From NCBI RefSeq assembly GCF_056746865.1, contig NZ_CM163382.1: 64,000 bases of DNA. One strand, given 5' to 3'. Under the pieces are notes generated by a model, which saw nothing but the letters and a program-made list of their open reading frames with translations, was not told the origin of the DNA and did no database searches. Below, piece after piece: positions 31,569-41,464 of this stretch. Made by a program: the position numbers and the translations under genes. The first letter of the stretch is position 1; every line of letters starts with the position of its first letter.

Positions 31569-32963
31569 TCAAAAAAAGTATTTGAAACGTAATCGGGCAC
31601 CGTAACGATCATCGGTAATGTCACAATTACTATATCTACAGTTACTATCCAGAATTGAGTAATAAGCCCCGAGGTAAATATTAAAGTTCTCCATATCCAT
31701 CACATTAGCAAACTGATAAGATGCATGAATGGTGTGAATGTTGTATATTCCTTCACCATCAATCCAGCAACCATTATTACACACGACACCACTAAATTCA
31801 TCAATCTTATTATGTGCGTAGATATAACCCAGTTCGAAACGTTTCCACAGAGCATTAATACTGGCAGTGAAATCTTTCTCATTACTGGCATCCAAATAGG
31901 CGGTATTAAGAGTAACCACGATGCCATTTTCCGGATCTGTTTTCAGACCGTTCCATGTCATGCTAATACCATAACCGGAACGATTGGACTGATCGACAAA
32001 ATTCCCCTTATTATCGGTATAGCCATAAGCATTTTTTACCACGTTCGCTTCCATCGCTGCGGAGACTGTGAATTCTTCCGTTGGCGACCAGGCAATTACC
32101 GGGCGCAGATAAGCGACATTTTTCTGCTGCTCCATATATCGTCCATGATAATTACCGTTATTATATAAAGATGTTCCGTCTTCAAGTAACGTGTTTAACT
32201 CAAAATACCAGTTATCGAGTTGTTTACTGATGAGGAAATTACCACCAGCGTCAGAACGACCGCGTCCCTCTTTCATCATATAGATATAACCACGGCCATC
32301 AGCATAAATATCATTAGCTGTATTACCGGAATACTCAATGAAAGTATCCTGATTTAGAGGGAACATATCGTAAGCTTCAAAACGACCGACTTTCACTTTC
32401 CACTCGTCATCTTTTCCAAAAAAGAATAATGCATCATCAATATTCACTGAACCGTGCATATCCGCCAGTGGTTGTGCTGAAAATCCAGCGAAATAACCAT
32501 TATCAAGCTTACGGGTACCGTCAAAACCTAATAGAATACGGCCATTAAGGTCCCACCGTTCATTCACTGACTCACTGTTCGCCCCGGAACTTATCATTAC
32601 TAACTGACCGGGTTTACTGGCAGCATCTATATTAAACTCCACATCACCATAAAACTTCAAATCATTGTAACCAGAGAGCAGAAAACCTGGAGAAGATGTT
32701 TTTTCTTTTGTTGACTCAACTACTGCATAGCTGTTAGCATCTTTTTTATTCTGCTCTGAACTAATTTGACGTATTTCAGAATGTTGTTCTATATCAAAAC
32801 TCTTTAACATTCTTTCTGCTTTTTCCGCCCTTTTTTCTGCAGCTTCCAGGCGTTCTTCCAGCAATGCCATTCTTTGTTCAAGCGTTAGCCCCCCTGTTTT
32901 TGCTGCACACGCATTGTATTCCAGTAATAAAAAAAGAGATAAACCCAAAAGTAACTTATTCAT
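31569..32963 (-). CDS. rafY: raffinose/sucrose glycoporin (RafY/ScrY-like outer-membrane porin)
   Basis: 464 aa with a signal peptide, an N-terminal coiled-coil and a C-terminal ...RFKYFF barrel signature; last gene of the raf cluster. Confidence 0.7.
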   Translation of the reverse strand: MNKLLLGLSLFLLLEYNACAAKTGGLTLEQRMALLEERLEAAEKRAEKAERMLKSFDIEQHSEIRQISSEQNKKDANSYAVVESTKEKTSSPGFLLSGYNDLKFYGDVEFNIDAASKPGQLVMISSGANSESVNERWDLNGRILLGFDGTRKLDNGYFAGFSAQPLADMHGSVNIDDALFFFGKDDEWKVKVGRFEAYDMFPLNQDTFIEYSGNTANDIYADGRGYIYMMKEGRGRSDAGGNFLISKQLDNWYFELNTLLEDGTSLYNNGNYHGRYMEQQKNVAYLRPVIAWSPTEEFTVSAAMEANVVKNAYGYTDNKGNFVDQSNRSGYGISMTWNGLKTDPENGIVVTLNTAYLDASNEKDFTASINALWKRFELGYIYAHNKIDEFSGVVCNNGCWIDGEGIYNIHTIHASYQFANVMDMENFNIYLGAYYSILDSNCRYSNCDITDDRYGARLRFKYFF

Positions 32964-33157
32964 TTTACCCCCTTAAATAAAAACAAATGTGGGTACTCTT
33001 ATATTCTCTGTATCAACACAAAATACCATTCATATTCTTCACCAGACTGGTATATATAATCGCAACACATTACCAAAAGCACACAGCAAAGATAATTAAT
33101 GTGTACTGGCAAAGTAATGACAGATAATGTCAGAAAAAATACTGATATCGATATGTC

Positions 33158-34588
33158 TCAGGTCAGCATCCATAAAGTGCCATCAGTTAATATCGCATCG
33201 CCATGAGCGGCATATAACGATAATTGTCTCGAGTCCGCTTGCGGATAAATACGACTTGATAAGGTTGCCTCACCATCGTTAACAAACACTTCAACAGATG
33301 AACGATCCAAGAAAATACGAAGAGTCAGATATTCTGTATCAGGAAGTTCAACACTGCGGTAACCATCCAACCCTTCCTCAGGGTAATAGCGCCACAGTAC
33401 CAGTCGCCCGGCCTGATTATCCACATAAAGTCGCAGACCGTCTCCAAGGCGGACGCCATAGTGCTCCGCATGACTGTCAACCGTATGCCACGTCACCAAT
33501 AATTCTGCGGCCTGTACATTTTCGGTCAGTAATTGCAAACCCTGTAACCTTACAGGGGATAATGGCTGGCATTTTTTGCGCAGAGATTCGACTTCACGCA
33601 CAGGTCGCTGGCACAGCCGGCCATCGCGCTCAAAAACCTCTCTGGGCAGCGTCAGACATCCTGCCCAGGCTTCACTGCGGGTGGGCACGGGTGAATCCCA
33701 CATATTCATCCATGCCATAATGATACGCCTGCCGTCCTCAGCCAGCATGGACTGTGGAGCATAAAAGTCATGACCATAATCCAGCTCTTCAAATCCCCCT
33801 TTCAGCGCAAAGACAGAACCAGGCTTCCAGCTCCCTGCCAACACACCGCTCTGAAAAAGGTTACGGAACCGATAACCGGAAGGGGGCATCCCCTGTGGTG
33901 AGAACATCAGCCAGTGAAAATTACCACACCTGAAGAAATCGGGGCATTCCCACATATAACTTTTTCCGGCTGCGGAATGAGCAAGAACATGCTCCAGATG
34001 CCAGTCCCGCAAAGATGTCCCGCGATACAACAGAACTTGCCCATTGTCAGAAGCGTCCCGGGCACCAATGACCATCCACCAGGAGCCGTCTTCGTGCCAG
34101 ACTTTGGGATCACGGAAATGCATTATACCTTCCGGAGGTGTCAGCACACAGCCCTGCTTCTCAAAGTGAATACCATCATGACTTGTAGCCAGACACTGTA
34201 CTTCACGGATAATGCTGTCATTACCACGATCATCGAGACAAATATGACCAGTATAAATAAGTGATAGCACGCCATCATCATCCACGGCACTCCCTGAAAA
34301 ACAGCCATCACGATCATATTTATCTCCGGGTGCCAGCGCGATAGGTTCGTGTTGCCAGTGCAACATGTCGGTACTGGTGGCATGCCCCCAGTGCATTGGC
34401 CCCTGATATGCGCTTGCAGGATGATGCTGGAAGAACGCATGGTAACGCCCATTGAAGTAAATAAGGCCATTTGGATCATTCATCCAGCCGGCAGGTGGAG
34501 CCAGATGAAAAATCGGGTACCAGGCATTACCACGACGTGCGCAAAGTTTTTCAAGGGCAGACTGTGCCAAAGCAAGACGCTGTTTCAT
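33158..34588 (-). CDS. rafD: GH32 sucrose/raffinose hydrolase (invertase)
   Basis: 476 aa with GH32 motifs WMNDPNGL, FRDP and WECPDF. Confidence 0.8.
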   Translation of the reverse strand: MKQRLALAQSALEKLCARRGNAWYPIFHLAPPAGWMNDPNGLIYFNGRYHAFFQHHPASAYQGPMHWGHATSTDMLHWQHEPIALAPGDKYDRDGCFSGSAVDDDGVLSLIYTGHICLDDRGNDSIIREVQCLATSHDGIHFEKQGCVLTPPEGIMHFRDPKVWHEDGSWWMVIGARDASDNGQVLLYRGTSLRDWHLEHVLAHSAAGKSYMWECPDFFRCGNFHWLMFSPQGMPPSGYRFRNLFQSGVLAGSWKPGSVFALKGGFEELDYGHDFYAPQSMLAEDGRRIIMAWMNMWDSPVPTRSEAWAGCLTLPREVFERDGRLCQRPVREVESLRKKCQPLSPVRLQGLQLLTENVQAAELLVTWHTVDSHAEHYGVRLGDGLRLYVDNQAGRLVLWRYYPEEGLDGYRSVELPDTEYLTLRIFLDRSSVEVFVNDGEATLSSRIYPQADSRQLSLYAAHGDAILTDGTLWMLT

Positions 34589-35865
34589 CAGTTAATCTCC
34601 GAATGCGCTGCAGGGGCTTTTTCTACAGAAGGGTGTACGCTCCCGCGGGAAGAACTCAGCGTGAAAACTGATATCACGGTAACAGTCAGAGCAATCATCC
34701 CGAGCACAAAATACGTATTCTGGAATCCCATACGATCATACAGGTGGCCGGCAAAGGTAGAGAGAAGTATTGCAGCAAGTTGTTTGGAAAACTGAAAACC
34801 TATTAAATAAACGGTCGCTGACAGTCGGGTGTCAAACACTGCCGTAATATATTTGAACGCCCCAACCAGCAAAAATGGAACTTCAAGAGCGTGAAGCATT
34901 TTCAGAATCACCACTTCTGTCGCGGTGGTGGCAAAAGCAGAACCGGTAATGCGGATGGTCATAATTCCCCCCGCAACAAGCAGGGTATTTTTGGCACCAA
35001 TGCGATGAATTATCCATGGTGTACAGAACATGATAATGGCATTACAAATCTCCCCCGCAGTGGTAGCAAATCCGAATGCTTTTATTCCTGCCTGAGGAGT
35101 GTCAAAGAATGAACGAAAAAATGTGGCAAACTGCTGATCAAATACATCATAGACACAGGCCACACCAATCGTGTAGAGAACAAACATCCACATCTGACGC
35201 ATGCGAAACAGGCTGAAGACCATTCTGGTCGAAATCAGGGAAGAATTGGCACCCAGTGTATTCATAACCATTGCCGTCTGGCTGGTACTGGGGCGCGCCA
35301 GAAACAACAGAAGAAGCAACAATAATGCGCTTCCTGACCCCATCCAGAAAACCAGAGAAGGATCGACATTAAAAAGCATTCCAGCCATAGCCGCACATAA
35401 CGCCCAGCCCAGACACCCGAACATCCTCGCTTTACCGTATTCAAATCCACGACTGCGACTGACCCGCTCTATATAAGCTTCAATAGCTCCGGCACCTGCA
35501 GAAAACACAAAACCAATAAAGACACCGCCAGTCAGTGCGCCTGCCCAGATATTGAAGCGCAGCAGGGGCGCAAATACATATAAAAAAAAGGGGGCGAAAA
35601 ATACAAGTAACAGGCTGATACTCCAGATCAGGTTTTTTTTCAGTCCCAGGCGATCTGATATGACCCCAAGCAATGGCTGGAAACTGATGGCAAACAGAGA
35701 AAGACATGAAAAGACTATACCTGTATCCGTTTTACTCAGTCCGACCACATCGGACAGCCATACAGGCAAAAACGGAAAACAGGTTGCCATGATGAAAAAG
35801 TAGAGAAAGAAGAACAGACCGAAAATCCAGAAATCGGGATTTTTATGCGTACTTGCAGAATTCAT
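34588..35865 (-). CDS. rafB: raffinose permease (LacY-family oligosaccharide:H+ symporter)
   Basis: MNSASTHKNPDFWIFGLFFFLYFFIMATCFPFLPVWL... parallels the LacY N-terminus. The track ORF extends 22 codons upstream. Confidence 0.8.
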   Translation of the reverse strand: MNSASTHKNPDFWIFGLFFFLYFFIMATCFPFLPVWLSDVVGLSKTDTGIVFSCLSLFAISFQPLLGVISDRLGLKKNLIWSISLLLVFFAPFFLYVFAPLLRFNIWAGALTGGVFIGFVFSAGAGAIEAYIERVSRSRGFEYGKARMFGCLGWALCAAMAGMLFNVDPSLVFWMGSGSALLLLLLLFLARPSTSQTAMVMNTLGANSSLISTRMVFSLFRMRQMWMFVLYTIGVACVYDVFDQQFATFFRSFFDTPQAGIKAFGFATTAGEICNAIIMFCTPWIIHRIGAKNTLLVAGGIMTIRITGSAFATTATEVVILKMLHALEVPFLLVGAFKYITAVFDTRLSATVYLIGFQFSKQLAAILLSTFAGHLYDRMGFQNTYFVLGMIALTVTVISVFTLSSSRGSVHPSVEKAPAAHSEIN

Positions 35866-35927
35866 TATTCTTACCCTCACGGGATAATATTGAGAAACAG
35901 GACGGAGCTGAGGCTCCGTACCTCTCT

Positions 35928-38054
35928 TCACACAGCTCTTTCAAGTGCTATCAAAATCGCACTCTCCGGATCCAGTACGGGGAGCTGAATCCCTCCCTGT
36001 GCCAGCCATTCACCACTGGCCTCAAGGCTCTGATTCATCCAGACAGGTAATTTGCGCATGGTATGACCGCCTTCACCAACCACCTGGAGGTCCGGGTGAT
36101 CAATAACCCGAAGCCGGTAACGCACTTCCGCCGCCAGACCGGGAAAACGAAGTATGCCTGGTAAGGTGTAATCCGGCATTGCAAGCTGGCTGATCATAAA
36201 AAGTGCCTGAGACTGATCAGGGCTGACGACTCCCTGAACCTGTATCGAAGGATCTGGCATATCCACACGCCAGAGAACTCCTGTATGAATCAGTTGTCGC
36301 CATTCTTTATAGAGCAAGGCATACCGGCGATAACCGTCAGATTCCTTCGCATCTGCGGCCACCGGATCCAGCTCCAGCCCCATATGGCCGAACAATGCCG
36401 TCAGCCCACGAAAAGCGATGCTGTGCTGCCGGAAAGTTGCATGGCAGCGGCGATGGCCAATATGCGCCCCCATCACCTCAGGAGGGAAAAAGTAACTCAT
36501 GCCACGTTGTATGGTGCAGCGCTCCAGGGCATCATTATTGTCAGATGCCCAGAACCGGTGTGTGCGTTTCAGGACTTCGAAGTCAATACGCCCCCCACCG
36601 GAAGCACAGGACTCAAACTCAACATGTGGAAAACGTTCACGGAGGAGATCAAGCAATCGATAGAACTGACGGGTCTGTGCATCTGCTGCCGCACGGCCTT
36701 CATGCCCTGCCTGTACAAGCTCACGATTCATGTCCCATTTCACATAATCAACCGGATGTTCTCCCAGTAACCATAAGAAACGTTCATAAATGTAAGCAAA
36801 GGCCTCTGGAATATTCAGGTTAAGAACATACTGATATCTTCCGGTTGGCTGGGAATATCCAGGCATTGACAATACCCAGTCAGGATGAAGACGAAACAGG
36901 TCAGAATCCGGGTTAATCATTTCCGGCTCAACCCATATGCCAAATTCCATACCGAGAGATTTCACATGTTTAATAACCGGCATCAGCCCGTTCGGGTATT
37001 TCTGTTCATCGGTATACCAGTCGCCCAGAGCCGCGCGGTCATCGTTACGTCCTTTAAACCAGCCATCATCAATAATGAAACGTTCAACGCCCAGTGCTGC
37101 TGCACGCTCAGCCATCTGCATGATGTAATCAGGATTGTGATTGAAATAAATACCTTCCCAGGTATTGAGATGTACAGGGCGGGGTTTTTGCTCAGGGAAA
37201 CGGATAATTTCATCACGCAAAAAACGATGGTATTGCTGACTCATTCCATTCAGGCCATCCGCAGAGTGGCAGGCATATAGCCACGGGGTGTACAGGGTTT
37301 CATTCTTCCTGAGAGCCTTCTCACCCGGCATCCACAGAGCCTCAGCCTGAACGTAACGCCTGCCGTCAGTTTTTGCCTCACATCTCATGCGGTGATTTCC
37401 ACTCCACCCCAGATGCACAGCCCACACCTCTCCCTGTTGTTCCGAGAAGCCTGGCGTGCCGACAATCAGCGCCGGAAAATGCTCATGAGATGTCCGCCCT
37501 CTGCGATTTTCCAGAACAAAAGCATCATGAGTGAGACGTACCCTGTGCGGCTGAAATTCACGAGTCCAGCGTCCGTGAAAAGCCATGACTTCTTCCGCAC
37601 GTTCCGCTAAAGGTAAAGTGATGGCGAAACGATTTATCTGCCAGTCCCCCTCTCTGAGGTTGGTCAGTGCATGACGAACTTTCAGAATTCCTGATGGCGT
37701 CATCACCAGCTCGCTGACCAGACGCAGGCCGGCTACCGAATCTTCACTGGTAAGTCTCAGAGTGTTTTCGGTATGTTCCACGTCAACTGTATAAAAAACA
37801 GGAGATGCATCCAGCCCATTCCTGTGTCCTTCCAGTCCCGGAGAGCTAAAAAGTCCCAGGGCATTTTCAGCCATCAGTGTTAGTGGCGTATCAATATCCA
37901 GACGACCATTCGCAACCGGTCTTTCCAGGCTGGCACAGTCATCCGGTGAGAAATGTTTCAGTGCAGAGCCCCACCAGATAATTTCTGCATGTGGACGGGT
38001 TTTAATAATTAAATCAGAGCGAGGACTGCTCAGTCTGCAGTACTTTGAAACCAT
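35928..38054 (-). CDS. rafA: alpha-galactosidase (GH36)
   Basis: 708 aa with the GH36 active-site region FIIDDGWF. Confidence 0.85.
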   Translation of the reverse strand: MVSKYCRLSSPRSDLIIKTRPHAEIIWWGSALKHFSPDDCASLERPVANGRLDIDTPLTLMAENALGLFSSPGLEGHRNGLDASPVFYTVDVEHTENTLRLTSEDSVAGLRLVSELVMTPSGILKVRHALTNLREGDWQINRFAITLPLAERAEEVMAFHGRWTREFQPHRVRLTHDAFVLENRRGRTSHEHFPALIVGTPGFSEQQGEVWAVHLGWSGNHRMRCEAKTDGRRYVQAEALWMPGEKALRKNETLYTPWLYACHSADGLNGMSQQYHRFLRDEIIRFPEQKPRPVHLNTWEGIYFNHNPDYIMQMAERAAALGVERFIIDDGWFKGRNDDRAALGDWYTDEQKYPNGLMPVIKHVKSLGMEFGIWVEPEMINPDSDLFRLHPDWVLSMPGYSQPTGRYQYVLNLNIPEAFAYIYERFLWLLGEHPVDYVKWDMNRELVQAGHEGRAAADAQTRQFYRLLDLLRERFPHVEFESCASGGGRIDFEVLKRTHRFWASDNNDALERCTIQRGMSYFFPPEVMGAHIGHRRCHATFRQHSIAFRGLTALFGHMGLELDPVAADAKESDGYRRYALLYKEWRQLIHTGVLWRVDMPDPSIQVQGVVSPDQSQALFMISQLAMPDYTLPGILRFPGLAAEVRYRLRVIDHPDLQVVGEGGHTMRKLPVWMNQSLEASGEWLAQGGIQLPVLDPESAILIALERAV

Positions 38055-38149
38055 AAGACATTCTCCTTTCTCAGGGATGCCTTACTGTTGATCCGAAACG
38101 TTTCGGGTATCAACCAAAACGTTTCGGATATGTGAGCTGGATAAAAAAA

Positions 38150-39160
38150 TCAGGAGCAAGGAGGATGAATCGTCTTTCCCGGATAAAATACCGGGTTCCA
38201 GACAACCTGTAGTGGTTTTGATGATGAATCAGTAATTATCTGATATATCATCTCGGAAATCTGGCGACCAACGAGGCTTCGTGTTGACTGAATAACTGCA
38301 GCCACATCCAGCTCAATAATACTGTCCTGTGGCAAACCATCATATACAACCAGAGATACCGCATCTTTTCCTGAAAGACGACCGCTCAACTGCAGTGCCA
38401 TGGCAGCACCATCTCCACTCAGGTCATTGTCAGTAATAATAGCTGTTGGTGGTATCGGTAGTGACATTAACTCCATCACGGCCTGATATCCTGCTCGCCG
38501 TGTGGGAGAAACCAGCCGCAGCCATGTATCTTCCAGTTCATGCTCATTCAGTGCATCAAGCCATCCCTGACGTCTTGCAACAACATAGCTATGTGAAGTG
38601 TCTTCACTCAACAATGCAATACGTTTATGTCCCAAAGCAATCAGTTTCTGGGTTGCCTGTCCAGTCCCGGCATGATTATCAAAGTCAAACCACGCACAGG
38701 GCAGACCAGATGGTACCCGACCAAGAGCCAGAAATGGAATACCTGCTTTATGAAGGTGTGTGATACGGGGATCGTCATCCAGAGTGTGTGCAATGATGAG
38801 AGCATCAACCCTGCGACTTTCAACAAGCCGCATATAGCTGTGGCAATCGGCATGCTCATCATCAGCTATCAGTAGTAAGTCAATATCATGGTGAGCAAGT
38901 TCCCGGCTGATGCAACTGACCATATCCATAAAAACACCACTGTTAAATGGCACATCACGTCCAGGATAAACCAGACCGACAGCATCGGTTTTACCGGTTT
39001 TGAGTCTTCTTGCCTGAGTATTAGGACGGTAACCGCGTCGACGAGCTTCAGCTTCCACCCGTGCACGGGTGGAAGCTGACACATCTGCATAGCCTCCAAG
39101 AGCCCGACTGACAGTGGTGACAGAAACTCCGAGTGCAGTGGCAATCGCCTTAAGTGACAT
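38150..39160 (-). CDS. rafR: LacI-family transcriptional repressor of the raf cluster
   Basis: 336 aa with N-terminal helix-turn-helix MSLKAIATALGVSVTTVSRAL and a periplasmic-binding-protein-like effector domain. Confidence 0.8.
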   Translation of the reverse strand: MSLKAIATALGVSVTTVSRALGGYADVSASTRARVEAEARRRGYRPNTQARRLKTGKTDAVGLVYPGRDVPFNSGVFMDMVSCISRELAHHDIDLLLIADDEHADCHSYMRLVESRRVDALIIAHTLDDDPRITHLHKAGIPFLALGRVPSGLPCAWFDFDNHAGTGQATQKLIALGHKRIALLSEDTSHSYVVARRQGWLDALNEHELEDTWLRLVSPTRRAGYQAVMELMSLPIPPTAIITDNDLSGDGAAMALQLSGRLSGKDAVSLVVYDGLPQDSIIELDVAAVIQSTRSLVGRQISEMIYQIITDSSSKPLQVVWNPVFYPGKTIHPPCS

Positions 39161-39309
39161 ATTATCTCCTGCTAATTATTATAGTAGACCGTCCCCCTAA
39201 ATCTCCAGACAACCAATATCACTTATTGTAAGTTAACGGAATCCCTCTGATCTGTAAGATCAGAGGGAAAGGTTATTGATTGTGAGAATAATTTCAGGAC
39301 AAAGTGTAA

Positions 39310-40494
39310 TTAACTCTCCTGGATGGAAAGTGAATCAATGTAGTCAGCGTACCATTGCATCATTTCACGGCGACCATCGAGATACAGGGCATGATTATAG
39401 GTACCCCTGATGGAATTTTTATCCACATGAGCTAACTGCATTTCAATCCAGGCAGAATTAAAGCCCTGTTCGTGCAGAATGGTACTCATGGTGTGACGAA
39501 AACCATGACCGGTTGCCCTGCCATCGTAACCGATACGTTTGAGCACCATATTGATGCTGGCTTCGCTCATTGGCTTGTTGATATCACAACGTCCCGGGAA
39601 AACCAGCCGGTATTGTCCGGAGAAAGTTTTGAGCTGCAGCAGAATGTCAGTGGCCTGTCGTGACAGTGGTACGACATGTTTACGTCGCATTTTCATGCGG
39701 CTTTCAGGGATTGTCCACAGGGCATTATCAAAATCAATTTCTGACCATTCAGCGGACCGTAGTTCAATCGTTCTGAGGCCTGTCAGAAGCAGCAGATTTG
39801 TCGCCATGCGGGTAACAGGACTGCCATGATATTCAGCGAGCTTCCGGAGAAAAACAGGGAGCTCATCTGCTCTCAGGTGGGGGAAATGTGCAGCTTTTGG
39901 CGCCGCCAGCGTACTGGTCAGTTCAGATGCCGGATTGACAGTGGCTCGTCCGGTGGCGATGGCATAACGAAAAATCTGATTACAGTATTGACGCACCTTA
40001 CGAAGTTTTTCCAGCGAGCCACGTTTTTCTATGCGGCGCAGAATTTCCAGCATTTCCAGCGGGAGGATATCAGTAACGCTTCGTTTGCCCAGATACGGGA
40101 AAATATCTTTATCCAGAGCCTCCAGTACGCTTCTGGCGTAACTTTCAGACCATGACAAAGATTTATGCTGATGCCATTCCGTAGCAAGGGCATGGAACGT
40201 ATTGGTGGCAGAGATTTTCTGAGTGAGTTTTTCCTTTCGCTTCTTTTCGCCCGGGTCGCCACCTTCGGAGATAATTTTTCGGGCATCGTCGCGTTTGATT
40301 CTGGCTTCAGCAAGGGAGACGTCGGGATAGACGCCGAGGGCCAGTTTTTTCTCTTTTCCTGCTATCCGGTATTTAAGCCGCCAGTAGCGGGCACCCGTGG
40401 TTTTTACCAGCAGATATAAACCACGTTCGTCAGAGAGTTTATAGTCTTTTTCTTTAGGTCTGGCTGTTTCGACCTGTCTGGCTGTAAGTGCCAT
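39310..40494 (-). CDS. int: P4-type tyrosine integrase of the pheU island
   Basis: Start MALTARQVETARPKEKDYKLSDERGLYLLV...; catalytic region ...GHGFRHTMSTIL...GTYNHALYL. Lies 176 bp from the 3' end of tRNA-Phe. Confidence 0.9.
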   Translation of the reverse strand: MALTARQVETARPKEKDYKLSDERGLYLLVKTTGARYWRLKYRIAGKEKKLALGVYPDVSLAEARIKRDDARKIISEGGDPGEKKRKEKLTQKISATNTFHALATEWHQHKSLSWSESYARSVLEALDKDIFPYLGKRSVTDILPLEMLEILRRIEKRGSLEKLRKVRQYCNQIFRYAIATGRATVNPASELTSTLAAPKAAHFPHLRADELPVFLRKLAEYHGSPVTRMATNLLLLTGLRTIELRSAEWSEIDFDNALWTIPESRMKMRRKHVVPLSRQATDILLQLKTFSGQYRLVFPGRCDINKPMSEASINMVLKRIGYDGRATGHGFRHTMSTILHEQGFNSAWIEMQLAHVDKNSIRGTYNHALYLDGRREMMQWYADYIDSLSIQES

Positions 40495-40566
40495 ATGGGG
40501 GCTCCTGAAACTGACTGAACACAATGAGCCCCCACCGGTGCCCCCAATGAACGCTTGATTGAGAGA

Positions 40567-40650
40567 GAGTTCAGTAGAGTTCGGTGGAGTTCAGGATGTT
40601 CAGATTGCTTGTAACGATGTGATTATACTTGAGTTTCGTGGAGTTCGGGA
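40567..40650. repeat. cluster of short direct repeats GAGTTC(A/G)G between int and tRNA-Phe (candidate integrase arm-type sites)
   Basis: AGAGTTCAGT, AGAGTTCGGT and GGAGTTCAGG occur in tandem at 40567-40596, with further copies (ATGTTCAG, GGAGTTCGGG) to 40650. Confidence 0.5.
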
Positions 40651-40670
40651 GATGAATCTGGAAGTGAAAG

Positions 40671-40746
40671 TGGTGCCCGGACTCGGAATCGAACCAAGGA
40701 CACGGGGATTTTCAATCCCCTGCTCTACCGACTGAGCTATCCGGGC
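40671..40746 (-). tRNA. pheU: tRNA-Phe (anticodon GAA)
   Basis: Reverse complement reads GCCCGGATAGCTCAGTCGGTAGAGCAGGGGATTGAAAATCCCCGTGTCCTTGGTTCGATTCCGAGTCCGGGCACCA. Confidence 0.97.
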
Positions 40747-40852
40747 AACGGGGCGCATTAAACCGTAATCTGCACATCTCGTCAACCTAATTTCAGTAAA
40801 AGCGATTCAACTGCTTAAGATTGCGGCAAATCGCTTCTTTTCTGTGTTTCTG

Positions 40853-41452
40853 TCAGGTCAGTGCGCCACCCTGGCGGCAGCGAGCGAAGCGCAGGATATC
40901 TTCTGCCAGCCGATGTGCGGTGTCGACATCCGCCTGGCTACGATTCACCAGCATTCGGCTTAAACAGCCTTCCAGCACCAGTTCCATCTGCTTTGCTACC
41001 ATCGCCGGATCGTCAACTTCCAGCGTGGTTAACAGTTCGTGGGTGAAATCGTAGGCCGCGCTTTTTTGCTGATCGGCCAGTTGATGAATAGGGTGGCCAG
41101 GATCGGGATAAAACGTACAGGCAGCGATAAACAGACAGCCCGGATAGCGGTTGTTTTTAACGCACTCCGATAACGCCTGATAACGTGCCAGCAGCTTTTG
41201 TTCGGCGGTTTGCGTTTCGTCCAGCATCAGCTGACGACGCCAGACATCTATCTGTTGGCTAAGATAACGCAGCGCATCGTAGAGGATTGCCTCTTTGTCT
41301 GGCCAGAAACGGCGCAGCTCGTCCAGTGGATAATCCACACGTTCAGCAACCATCTCCAGCGTGGTGTTGGCAATCCCTTGTAATTCTAATAATTTCAGGG
41401 CTTCTCCCAGTACATCTTCACGTTGCACGCTATTTTCCTCCGTCTTTCCCAC
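40853..41452 (-). CDS. yjdC: TetR-family transcriptional regulator YjdC
   Basis: Track ORF of 199 aa with an N-terminal TetR helix-turn-helix; flanked by pheU and dsbD as in E. coli. Start codon uncertain. Confidence 0.75.
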
Positions 41453-41464
41453 TGCAAGTGTCGT

